This document shows positions 10,113 through 19,242 of a stretch of 64,000 nucleotides of DNA, one piece after another. Source of the DNA: an uncultured Gemmatimonadales bacterium (lineage in GTDB: Bacteria > Gemmatimonadota > Gemmatimonadetes > Gemmatimonadales > GWC2-71-9); NCBI GenBank assembly GCA_963842945.1, contig CAWJIM010000019.1, positions 1 through 64,000 on the forward strand. The letters are read 5' to 3'. The position numbers and the translations under genes are program-made. The notes beneath the pieces are model-generated. The model was not told where the DNA came from. It saw only the letters and a list, made by a program, of their open reading frames with translations, and ran no database searches. The first letter of the stretch is position 1. Each line of letters starts with the position of its first letter.

Positions 10113-10658
10113 CACAACTCGCATCGCGATCCCCGTCTTCGGCGGGTCTTGGACGGGCTCAAGGTCGCTCGAGCGATACGGAGCCGGCCTGATGCTCGGT
10201 TAGTTGTGGTGCAGGATGGCTCTAGCGTGAGTCTGCGAAAGATGCAGCCGCATGTCGAGAAGTGACCACCCGCTCCGCTTCGCGCCGAGCAGGCGCGAAG
10301 CAGCGGAGTGCCCCAGTAGCGCCTGAACCCCTGAGCCGCCGCCATGTCCCGGGGCGTAATCTTGGCCGCTGCGACGAGCTCCGCTTCAAGGGCCGAGTAC
10401 GTAGCGTGTTCCAGCCCCACCGAGTCCCTCCCCGATCTGCCCCGCGATGTAATTATGGATTTCATGTCCAGGTGGCTCCCGAGACGCCCGGGACTTGTCT
10501 GGAAGAGCCCAACGCTCAACATTGCGCTGCTGAGTAGCACCGGGCTATCGCCCACCAATGAACCCGAACAGCACCGCTGTGGCCGTCCTGACCTCTGTCT
10601 GGGGTAACCTCCCCGTGGGCTCCGGATGTGGAAGCAGCAGGACTGAGGAGCCCTACCG

Positions 10659-11555
10659 ATGATCCGCATCTCAGAACGAGCGTCTCTGCTCGCCCTTTTC
10701 CTCTTAGCCGGCCTCGGCTGCGAGAATTCCGATCGCCTGAGTTCCCCTACCACAGACGACGGACTTGCTGCCGCCAGAGGCCCGACTGGCTCCCCAGGCA
10801 TTCCCTTCGGCATGTTCGCCCAGCCGATCAGCCTGTACGGCCCCACGTATACCGGTGGGCACCTGAACCCGGTGAGGCCCGAGTCTCTGCTGACCCGACT
10901 CGCGGCCATCAAAGCCGCCAAGGGCCGGGTGGTGCTGGCTCTGGCGGGCGGTCCTGCCGGTTATACCAACGCCGACGGGACCTTCAACTTCGAGCTCTGG
11001 AAGTCGCGGGTTTCCCGATACACCGTGGACTTCAGCTCCTACATCAGCGACAGCACCATCCTGGGCAACTATGTGATCGACGAGCCTAGCTGCGGCAGCT
11101 GTTGGGGCGGGCAGCCGATCCCACAGGGCACGGTCGAGGCGATGGCACAGTACAGCAAATCACTCTGGCCCAACATGAAGACCATCGCCCGGGCCGACCC
11201 GACCTGGCTGGCGGCGTTCAGCGGTCAGTACGTCTATCTCGATGCCGGCTGGGCCCAGTACGTGATGCGGAAGGGTGACGTGAATACCTACCTGTCGCAG
11301 AATGTCGCGGCCGCTCAGTCGAAGGGCCTGGGTCTGGTCGTCGGGCTGAATCTGCTCGGTGGTGGTCTCAATGGGGAGCGCCTCACCTCGACTCAGCTTA
11401 AGGACTTCGGCTCGGTTTTACTGAGCAGCTCCAAAGCCTGCGCCTTCATCTCCTGGCAATACAACGCCGACTACCTCGCGCTGTCGGACATCCAGTCCGC
11501 CATGGCGCTGCTGAGCAAGAAGGCAGCGCGTCACGTCCGAACTCCCTGCACCTAG
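10659..11555 (+). CDS. Lipoprotein, possibly glycoside-hydrolase-like barrel
   Basis: GAGGAG RBS; lipobox GLGC; IDEP and DAGWAQY motifs; fold is inference. Confidence 0.7.
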   Translation: MIRISERASLLALFLLAGLGCENSDRLSSPTTDDGLAAARGPTGSPGIPFGMFAQPISLYGPTYTGGHLNPVRPESLLTRLAAIKAAKGRVVLALAGGPAGYTNADGTFNFELWKSRVSRYTVDFSSYISDSTILGNYVIDEPSCGSCWGGQPIPQGTVEAMAQYSKSLWPNMKTIARADPTWLAAFSGQYVYLDAGWAQYVMRKGDVNTYLSQNVAAAQSKGLGLVVGLNLLGGGLNGERLTSTQLKDFGSVLLSSSKACAFISWQYNADYLALSDIQSAMALLSKKAARHVRTPCT

Positions 11556-11645
11556 TAGCCGCTTCGGGTTGACTGTTTCTCCTAGCTTGGCAGCATGGCT
11601 GAAGAGAGTGGCCCATCCACGGGCCTCTAGTCCAAATGCCGACCG

Positions 11646-11831
11646 GGCGTTGGCGACCGCTATGGTTCGCTCGAGGTGGGGAAGGTGGCAAACGTGGTGG
11701 TCTGGACCGGCGATCCCCTGGAGTTCTCCAGCCGGGTGAATCACCTGTTCATCCGAGGAAAAGAGATCCCCTTGGTGAGCCGGCAAACCGAGCTGCTGAA
11801 CCGGTATCGGAGCTTGCCACCCAGGTACTGA
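11646..11831 (+). pseudogene. Orphan 3' end of an amidohydrolase gene
   Basis: GVGDRYGSLEVGKVANVVVWTGDPLEFSSRVNHLFIRG... with no 5' part. Confidence 0.8.
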
Positions 11832-11832
11832 A

Positions 11833-11873
11833 GGAGGGTGGGCCGGGTTGGCCGGGTTGATGCCCACCCTCCC
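11833..11873. terminator. Hairpin between convergent genes
   Basis: GGAGGGTGGGC ... GCCCACCCTCC inverted repeat. Confidence 0.5.
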
Positions 11874-11884
11874 GTGGTTTCGGC

Positions 11885-12166
11885 TTACTGCGGCTTCGTG
11901 GTGTCTGCCTTGATCACGCCTGCATCACCGACGTGTGTGGTATCCGCCTTAACCGAGGTATCGGCCACGATGGTGGTATCCACCTTGACGGTCGTATCGG
12001 CAGCTACGGTGGTCTCCTTCTTCACTACCATCGTGTCTACAACCTGCTTGGTCTCGACCAGGGTGTCGGTCGCGACCTTGGTGCTTTCATCGGCGGATTC
12101 CTCACTCCGGCCTGCGCACGCCGCCAAACCAGCCAGCAGTATCAGGCTTCCAGGTCTGACTTTCAT
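11885..12166 (-). CDS. Small lipoprotein with DT(T/S)V repeats
   Basis: GGAG RBS; lipobox LAAC; low-complexity DTT repeats. Confidence 0.75.
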   Translation of the reverse strand: MKVRPGSLILLAGLAACAGRSEESADESTKVATDTLVETKQVVDTMVVKKETTVAADTTVKVDTTIVADTSVKADTTHVGDAGVIKADTTKPQ

Positions 12167-12415
12167 CGTCGCTCCATGTTGATGTCCATGTACCCGAGCC
12201 GGCCGGCAGGAGCCGCTGGAACACCAAACTTTTGCCCTCTCGGTGCGGTGAGCGAAGTCACTCCGGGCATGGGTATTCGGACTTGCGAGGTCGGGGAGGG
12301 TTCTGGCAAATTGTGACCTGCATCACACTCCATCACATTCGCAGAGCTCGAACGTCGGTTCGTTGGTATCTGCTCGACCGGGCTGCCGGACGGCCGCCCT
12401 TGAGGGTTTAGAACT

Positions 12416-12622
12416 ATGATTGCGATTGTCCTCGCCGTTCTGTACCTGCTGCTCGGCTTCCTCGCTTCATCGCTGCTCCGCAAGGGTCGTCCCGAGGACT
12501 GGGACGAAAGCCTCCTGGCGTCGGTCGTCGCCCTGCCCATGGTCGCGCTGATCGCGGTGGCCATACTGGCCAGGCGCGCTCGGCACCTGTTGGACAGCGG
12601 CTCGGGCCCCGCGGCCGCCTGA
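12416..12622 (+). CDS. Small two-TM membrane protein
   Basis: Two hydrophobic helices; GAGG upstream. Confidence 0.55.
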   Translation: MIAIVLAVLYLLLGFLASSLLRKGRPEDWDESLLASVVALPMVALIAVAILARRARHLLDSGSGPAAA

Positions 12623-12743
12623 TCCAGCCCAGGAAATGAGCTTCTGCTCCGCCTCGAGCAGTAGCAGCTCACACTCGTTTTTCGGGGAGTTGCATCACGA
12701 GCCGCAGTGATCCTGGCTGCGGCCCGTGCGGAGTTCCTGAGGC

Positions 12744-13634
12744 CTAGGACTCGAAGCTGAAGCCGGGCTCCCGCCCGCACCCGTTCCAGCGCACCACCAC
12801 ACTGCCATTCGTCTCACCGCCATCTTCATTCGCAAAGGCGCCGGTGAGCCGCATCTCTCCGCCGTCGAACCGCTGCACCGTGTCGGTACAGCCGTTGTTG
12901 TAGTGCAGCGGCGTGGGGGTGGTCACGGTGAGCACGTAGTGCTCGGTGCCGCGGGTCCAGTCCAGCGTCCCGGCAAAGTCCAGGGTCCCGCCGGGGACTG
13001 CGGTGTTGATCTGGAGAGACTGCTCCGGCGTGAAGGTCAGGGTCCACTGCTGGTCGATCGCGGCGTCGGGCTTGCCGGCAAAGGTGCGGATCACCTGGAG
13101 GTCGGTGGACAGCAGCAGGGAGGACACCGAGCCGCTGAGCACCCGGGTGCCGTTCCGGGTCACGTCGTAAATGACCTTGTTATCGGAGGTAGTGAAGCGG
13201 GTGCGAAGCCCGGTCAGGGTGCCCTCGTAGCCGAAGCCCGCCTGAGCGGGGGCCGGGTCCTGGACCCGGAGCTGGCCTACTATATCCAGGGTTCCGCCCC
13301 GCCAGCCGGTGAAGCGGCAGGGAGGAGCGGTGAACAGGTAGATGGCGTCGTCGGGCACGCCGTCTCCATCTGAGTCGGCCGGTGTTGACGGAGTGACACA
13401 GCCCGGTGAGTACGCGGTCGGGGCCTGGGCGGTGCCCAGGGGGTCGACCGAGCTGGGGAGGGTGAGGGCGCTGACGGCGGCCTCCACCTCGTCCCGGGCG
13501 GTGGCGCCGATATCGTCGGCGGCTCCGTTGGGCAGAACCGAGTTGCCGCTGCTCAGGCTGTCACCGCAAGCTGTAGTGATCAAGGCAGTTAGGATTGCTG
13601 CGCCGAGCTGCGAGCGGGTCCAGCGTGGGGCCAT
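12744..13634 (-). CDS. Lipoprotein, hypothetical
   Basis: Lipobox TTAC; DSDGDGVPDD Ca-binding-like motif; strong GC3 bias. Confidence 0.8.
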   Translation of the reverse strand: MAPRWTRSQLGAAILTALITTACGDSLSSGNSVLPNGAADDIGATARDEVEAAVSALTLPSSVDPLGTAQAPTAYSPGCVTPSTPADSDGDGVPDDAIYLFTAPPCRFTGWRGGTLDIVGQLRVQDPAPAQAGFGYEGTLTGLRTRFTTSDNKVIYDVTRNGTRVLSGSVSSLLLSTDLQVIRTFAGKPDAAIDQQWTLTFTPEQSLQINTAVPGGTLDFAGTLDWTRGTEHYVLTVTTPTPLHYNNGCTDTVQRFDGGEMRLTGAFANEDGGETNGSVVVRWNGCGREPGFSFES

Positions 13635-13838
13635 GGTCCTGCGTCTCCTTGGGTGTAGAAGCCGGTGCGGCCGAACCAGCGGCCGACGTCATGCGAGTCC
13701 GGCGCGGGATCGGTCTTCCGTCTCTGAGCATAACCCGGGCCTGAGCGTCGGAACAACCGGGCCGGGTTCCTGTCCTGGAGCTTATCGCCCCCGAGATTAC
13801 AGAAGCTCAACCTCTCCAAGCCATCTAGCCGCAAGTTG

Positions 13839-13867
13839 TTGACGGTTGGTTGTACGGCCGGCATACT
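13839..13867 (+). promoter_or_regulatory. sigma70-like promoter for the BTAD regulator
   Basis: TTGACG-N17-CATACT, 28 nt before ATG 13896. Confidence 0.45.
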
Positions 13868-13895
13868 CTTGCTATCCCGCTTTCAGTGAGACCCA

Positions 13896-16800
13896 ATGGA
13901 GCCGCAACGGTACCTCCGTTGCCTGGGTCAGCCCGCCCTCTTCACCGCCACCGGTGAGCCGATCCGGTTTCGCACCCGGAAGCATCTCGCCCTGTTGGTT
14001 TACCTGGCAGTCGAGCAGCGAACTCAGCGGCGTGACCGTCTGGCCGAGCTGCTCTGGCCCCGCGTCTCCGCCACCGAGGCTCGCCATTCCCTGGCAACGG
14101 CGCTCTCGGTCCTCCGGCCCCGAGTAGGCATCGATGCTCTGGAGACCAGCCGGGATCAGGTGCGGCTGGTGCCGGGGCGAGTGACGCTGGATCTGGAGCG
14201 ACTCCGGGCGGGAGACATCCTGGGAACGGAGGTCACCGGACCGCTGGCGGTAGCGGCCTTCCTCGACGGCTTCGACATCAACGACTCGGCGGAGTTCACC
14301 CACTGGAAGGACCAGCAGCAGGCGCGGTTGCTCCCGGTCATCAAGGACGCAATGCTGGTCTTGATCGATCGCTGCCGCCGGACGGGAGACACTCGGCAGA
14401 TCGAGCAGGTCGCCGACCGGATGCTGGCGCTGGACGAGCTGAGCGAAGAGGCAATCCGCGCCAAGATGGAGGCTCGAGCCTTCGCCGGAGACCGGCTGAC
14501 CGCGCTGGAGATCTTCGAGGCCTGGAAGAAGCAGCTGGCGGAGGAGCTCCAAGCCGTGCCGTCGGAGCTGGTGGAAGGGATGGCGCTGCGTTTGCGCCGG
14601 CGTGGTTGGGAGCGGACTACCCTAGCAAACGTGCCCAATGTGCCCACCGATCAGTGGCGTGACCGGCCTTTCGTAGGGCGCGCTGCAGAGTACAAAGTCC
14701 TATACGAGCAATGGGAGGCGACAAAACAAGGGCTTTCAGGACACGCGTTGATACTTGGTGACTCTGGAGTTGGCAAAACAACATTGGTCCAGCGGCTCAC
14801 AACCGCAGCGGGATTGGAAGGCGCAGCTATCAGCCGAGTGCAGTGTTACGATCTCGAAAGGGACATCCCGTATTCGACTTTGAGCGGCCTTGTGCTGGGG
14901 TTACTAGATCGTCCAGGCGTATCCGCAACCTCACCCGAAGCGCTGGCCGAGATTTCCAGAACTGTTCTCGAAGTGAGCCACCGCTTCCCTTATCTCCCAG
15001 CTGTTAGTGAGACACGAGGCGAGACAGCACGCATCCGACTAACGGAGGCCTTCCTCCAACTGCTGCAGGCAATTGCTGAGGAGCACCCCGTGATCTTGGT
15101 GCTGGACGACCTACATCTAGCTGACGAAGTGAGCCTAGCAGTACTCCATCTCATCATGCGCCGAGCGCACGGCACACCAATGATGGTAGTTATGATTGCT
15201 CGTGCGGGGGAGTTGAGTCAGTCCTCCCAGGCAATGCGCCTCAGGGAGAGCGTTGTTCCTCTGAGCATCCGAGAAATAGAGCTTCAGCCTCTAGACAACA
15301 GTGAGAGCCATGAGTTACTCCGCTCGCTCATTGTCTCCGATGACTCAAAGCCGACAGACGGTGTGCAGAAGTGGATAGTGCGGGCCGCTGCAGGTTACCC
15401 TATGGTGATTGAGCTGTTAATCCAAGATTGGAGGATTAGCCAAGAAGACTCCCTTGGCTTGGCAATGGGCGCCATGACTACTAGCCTGCGAAGTCAAGGA
15501 TCAGCTCACCTAGCCTATCGTCACATCCTCGATCGGATCTACAGATCGCTTGACAATACGACACAAAACGTTCTGAATCTCGCTGCCGTTCTGGGTCCTC
15601 GCCTGAATGATGTCGGGATGTATGCACTCGTTGACTTGAGCGTCGGTCACACAATGACTGGGATGGCCGAGCTTGTTCACCGTCGGGTTCTGCGGGATGG
15701 TGCATACGGTCTGGAATTCGTGAACGAGTTGGTGCGCGCAGCAGTATACCTGGATATATCCCCATCAGTCAGACGAATTCTTCACAGCAACATCGCTGAT
15801 CGCTTTATCCACGAGCAATCGGGGAGCAGAGAAGACATGGAGCTTGAGATCGCTTGGCATTGCACAAGAGCAGGGCGCCTTGTCGAGGCAACTCCGCATC
15901 TACTGGCTGGAGCTCGCACCGCCATCTTGGCCGGCGCACCATATGAAGCCGAGCGGGGTATTGCCACAGCTCTCGGACAGCTGGTTGGGGGCGACAGAAG
16001 TGAAGCGCTGCTGTTGCTTGCCGAAGCCCTTCAAGAGCAAAGCAAGTGGACAGAATCCTTACAAGTTCTGGATGGTGAGGAGGTCCGACTATCCTCGTTT
16101 GGGGCGGAGATCTTTATACTCAGAACACGAGCTCGTCGGCGCTTAGGGTTCATTGACATTTCAGAGCATCCCGCACTAGCACAAGAACTGCTGAACCTGA
16201 TGCGATCCACCGCGGAGCCTGTCAGCAAGATTCGCGCAGGTGTGGAAGGCGCGTCCGTTCTTGAGACGATGCGCTGCAATTCATTTGCCCCTGCCATGCT
16301 GGACTGCCTGGCGGAGTTGAATGCTGACAAGCTTGGTCTCGATGACACTGCGCACCTGCTGCTCGCGCGCTCCATGCTGCTTTACCAGATGAGGGACTTA
16401 GCGGGGAGTCTCGAGTGTGCGCGGGAGGGAGTAGATCTTCTCGAGAAGAACAATCACCCAAACTCCGTTCTTGCGATGCTTCAGAACGGGGTGGGGGCGA
16501 TATTGGCTAAGCAAGGATTCTATGAAAGATCGATACCGGAATACCTAAAGTGCTATCACACGTCCACTCGAGTGGGAAACGACTGGATATATGTCCAGGC
16601 GAGTGCCAACCTGTCGTTGAGTTTCATGAGGGTAGGTGAGTATGAAAAAGCGATTTCATGGGGTGAGCTCTCTCTAAGACATGGGACAATGCAAAGGCAC
16701 TATGGTTTTGCCCTACAAGGAGCCCAGGGAACGGTCCTCTCCTATGCTATGACGGGACAGAATAGAAGCCGTGTCGAGGAACTAATTGTTGAGACCACCT

Positions 16801-17240
16801 CTGAATTGGCCAAGCGCGCGCCCTCTGGGATATCACAGGCATGGACTTTGATTGCTGCAGATGCGTACGCCCTCATGGGACAGCATACCGACGCAGAGAT
16901 CCGGGCTCGCCAAGCTCTTCAGCTTGAGCGCACACCACTGGACTTCTTTGCAGGACCGTATGCTCGCTGGCTGGCTAAAACCAGCTTCACAGATTATGAG
17001 AAGAAAGAAGCTTACCGCAAAATCGGATCCCTGCTAGAAACATTAGCTCGATATGATGCTCTCGATCAGGCAGATATCCTCACTGCCAAGTGTTGGCTGG
17101 ACAATAGGCAGCGACGATTCGTCCTCGGTGATTTTCGAACAATGCAAGAACATCTGGAGGCGTTGCCGCGAGCAGCGCGGGAACAGCTTGAAAAATTAGG
17201 GATGCTAGACTGTATCGATCACCCTGGAAGGTCAACCTGA
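13896..17240 (+). CDS. SARP/BTAD transcriptional activator with AAA (STAND-type) ATPase and TPR-like C-terminus
   Basis: LALLVYLA..RDRLAELLWP (wHTH), BTAD region, Walker A GDSGVGKT, Walker B LVLDDLH, helical repeats. Confidence 0.9.
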   Translation: MEPQRYLRCLGQPALFTATGEPIRFRTRKHLALLVYLAVEQRTQRRDRLAELLWPRVSATEARHSLATALSVLRPRVGIDALETSRDQVRLVPGRVTLDLERLRAGDILGTEVTGPLAVAAFLDGFDINDSAEFTHWKDQQQARLLPVIKDAMLVLIDRCRRTGDTRQIEQVADRMLALDELSEEAIRAKMEARAFAGDRLTALEIFEAWKKQLAEELQAVPSELVEGMALRLRRRGWERTTLANVPNVPTDQWRDRPFVGRAAEYKVLYEQWEATKQGLSGHALILGDSGVGKTTLVQRLTTAAGLEGAAISRVQCYDLERDIPYSTLSGLVLGLLDRPGVSATSPEALAEISRTVLEVSHRFPYLPAVSETRGETARIRLTEAFLQLLQAIAEEHPVILVLDDLHLADEVSLAVLHLIMRRAHGTPMMVVMIARAGELSQSSQAMRLRESVVPLSIREIELQPLDNSESHELLRSLIVSDDSKPTDGVQKWIVRAAAGYPMVIELLIQDWRISQEDSLGLAMGAMTTSLRSQGSAHLAYRHILDRIYRSLDNTTQNVLNLAAVLGPRLNDVGMYALVDLSVGHTMTGMAELVHRRVLRDGAYGLEFVNELVRAAVYLDISPSVRRILHSNIADRFIHEQSGSREDMELEIAWHCTRAGRLVEATPHLLAGARTAILAGAPYEAERGIATALGQLVGGDRSEALLLLAEALQEQSKWTESLQVLDGEEVRLSSFGAEIFILRTRARRRLGFIDISEHPALAQELLNLMRSTAEPVSKIRAGVEGASVLETMRCNSFAPAMLDCLAELNADKLGLDDTAHLLLARSMLLYQMRDLAGSLECAREGVDLLEKNNHPNSVLAMLQNGVGAILAKQGFYERSIPEYLKCYHTSTRVGNDWIYVQASANLSLSFMRVGEYEKAISWGELSLRHGTMQRHYGFALQGAQGTVLSYAMTGQNRSRVEELIVETTSELAKRAPSGISQAWTLIAADAYALMGQHTDAEIRARQALQLERTPLDFFAGPYARWLAKTSFTDYEKKEAYRKIGSLLETLARYDALDQADILTAKCWLDNRQRRFVLGDFRTMQEHLEALPRAAREQLEKLGMLDCIDHPGRST

Positions 17241-17289
17241 CTTTGTCGTAGTTGCGGCAGTAGTGGTGCTACTACTTATCAGCGCTAGA

Positions 17290-18675
17290 CTACGCCCGAC
17301 GCTTCCACAGCCCTGAACTCGGCCAATTTACGCGCCTCGAACGGTGAGGCTCGGTACTTGGCAATGGGAACGAGGCGCCCTCAATGAGCCGGCGAACCAC
17401 AACGGAGGCGACGACTACGTCCACTAGTTGTGGATCGAACTGCGTTCCTTTGCACTTTTGGAGTTCAGCAATCACAACCTCCAAGGGAAGGCGTTTTCTA
17501 TACGGTCGATCGGTTGTCATGGCGTCTACAGTATCTGCGATCAGAATTATCCTAGCGCCTAAGGGAATGTTCTTGCCTGCGACCCCGTCCGGGTAGCCCT
17601 GCCCATCCCACCGTTCATGGTGATGTCTCACGGAATCTTGGATGAAGCCGTGAAACTTGGAGATAATTCCGACCAGAGCAGAACTCTTGGCAGAATGGGT
17701 CTGCATCAGAGCGGTTTCTTCGTCCGTTAAGCGGCCTTCCTTTCGCAGCAGTGGTGCAAACTCCTCGTGAATTTTTCCTACATCATGCAAGAGAGCGGCA
17801 GTTTCAACTTGCTCTATAATTCTAGCCGACAATCCAAGTTCCACGGCAACGGCCCGGGACATCTCGCTGACTCGAACAGAGTGCCCAGAAGTGTAAGGGT
17901 CGCGGGCTTCTATAGCCTTAACCATTACTTGTAGGAGTTCCTGACCACTATGTTCTAGTTGATGATAGAGACTGTAAACGTGGCGCACCGCAGTGATCGG
18001 AACAATTACGCCTAGTAGCCCTAGTGATCCGAATCCGATCCATCGATCAACTGACGCATATAGGATGGCGATAAGAATTGCGATTAGGCTCGCGCCTAGG
18101 TCATATCCCAGTACTCCACGAGTATTCAGGCTCCAGATCTCACGAAAAGCCCGTTCTGAGCTCAGCGAAACGGCAAGGCTTACCAGAACAGAATTGACCA
18201 GTAGATAGCTGACGGCCAAGACCAAGAACAGGCCTAAGTCGGCCTGAAGGATTCTAGAATTCAGGTGCAGTTCGGGAGCCAGGTAAGACGGCGGAAGATT
18301 GCCGCCGATGCCGGAGTAGATTGTGGCGCCTACGACAACCGCCAAAATCCTTTGAGAAACATTGAAGAGTACCTTTAGTGGTCGGGTGCCGGAGGAAACT
18401 TGGCTGAGGCATGTTGCCGTGCCTGCCATAAGACCTGCCCAGAATCCTCCGAAAAGCAGGCATCCCGCGAGGTGCATCAAGAATGAGGTGGAGCCTTTCG
18501 CCCCAACCCTTAAGTCAGTGTGGAGGGTGTCTAGTATGAAGGCTACGAAAACGAACGTGCCGAGAGGCCACCACCCTGGGGAGGGAAGAGAAAAAGAAGA
18601 GGCGGCCCCGAGCGCCAAAAGTGCGACGGCGCTAGTGGCGACGACGAATGCAGCTGTCCGTATCTGATTAGACAT
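17290..18675 (-). CDS. Membrane HD-GYP phosphodiesterase (multi-TM N-terminal sensor)
   Basis: About 7 hydrophobic segments, then EARDPYTSGHS, LHDVGK, HHHERWDGQGYP, ADTVDAMTTDRPYR. Confidence 0.93.
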   Translation of the reverse strand: MSNQIRTAAFVVATSAVALLALGAASSFSLPSPGWWPLGTFVFVAFILDTLHTDLRVGAKGSTSFLMHLAGCLLFGGFWAGLMAGTATCLSQVSSGTRPLKVLFNVSQRILAVVVGATIYSGIGGNLPPSYLAPELHLNSRILQADLGLFLVLAVSYLLVNSVLVSLAVSLSSERAFREIWSLNTRGVLGYDLGASLIAILIAILYASVDRWIGFGSLGLLGVIVPITAVRHVYSLYHQLEHSGQELLQVMVKAIEARDPYTSGHSVRVSEMSRAVAVELGLSARIIEQVETAALLHDVGKIHEEFAPLLRKEGRLTDEETALMQTHSAKSSALVGIISKFHGFIQDSVRHHHERWDGQGYPDGVAGKNIPLGARIILIADTVDAMTTDRPYRKRLPLEVVIAELQKCKGTQFDPQLVDVVVASVVVRRLIEGASFPLPSTEPHRSRRVNWPSSGLWKRRA

Positions 18676-18705
18676 TATGGAGGATGGGGACCCCGGCCAA
18701 AGTTG

Positions 18706-18789
18706 TTACTTCCAGTCCTGCCCTTCACCTCCGCCGATCAATCTGGCGAAGAAGGCACTTACTCTAGCGATCAAACTGCCTTTCAACAT
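18706..18789 (-). CDS. 27-aa peptide MLKGSLIARVSAFFARLIGGGEGQDWK (not in ORF track)
   Basis: GGGAGGTGA Shine-Dalgarno 5 nt before ATG; stop 30 nt upstream of the HD-GYP start. Confidence 0.75.
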   Translation of the reverse strand: MLKGSLIARVSAFFARLIGGGEGQDWK

Positions 18790-19242
18790 GAGCGTCACCT
18801 CCCTTCGAGACTAAAGACCTCGGGAAGTGGCAAGCCTCGCTATGGCCTACCAGACGCTCCGCTCGACAGCCGCTCGCTCGTCTCCGCTAGTCCCACACCT
18901 GCATACCTGCGAAGACCGGGATCCCCTTTCCTTTTTCCTTTCTGTCTAGGGTCCAACCACCGACAAACCCCTACCGCAACCGTCATACTCCATCGCCTAG
19001 AGTTTCGGCATATGCCCGCATTCCGATGAGCCCACGCCGCAACCCCGCCTGGAGCGGTCGCGAGGGCTGCCTGAGTTGTTTCCTAATGAAAAGGATCCGG
19101 ACGACAGGGGGTGACGTCCGCCCTACAAACTACTGCGCGCAACCGGTCTTGGCTAGACCCCTAAACTGCCCATGGTCGGTCGGTCAGCCGGTCGGAACAG
19201 CATGGCTCAGCATGCCCCGCTGACCCGCCTGACCACCGCCGA

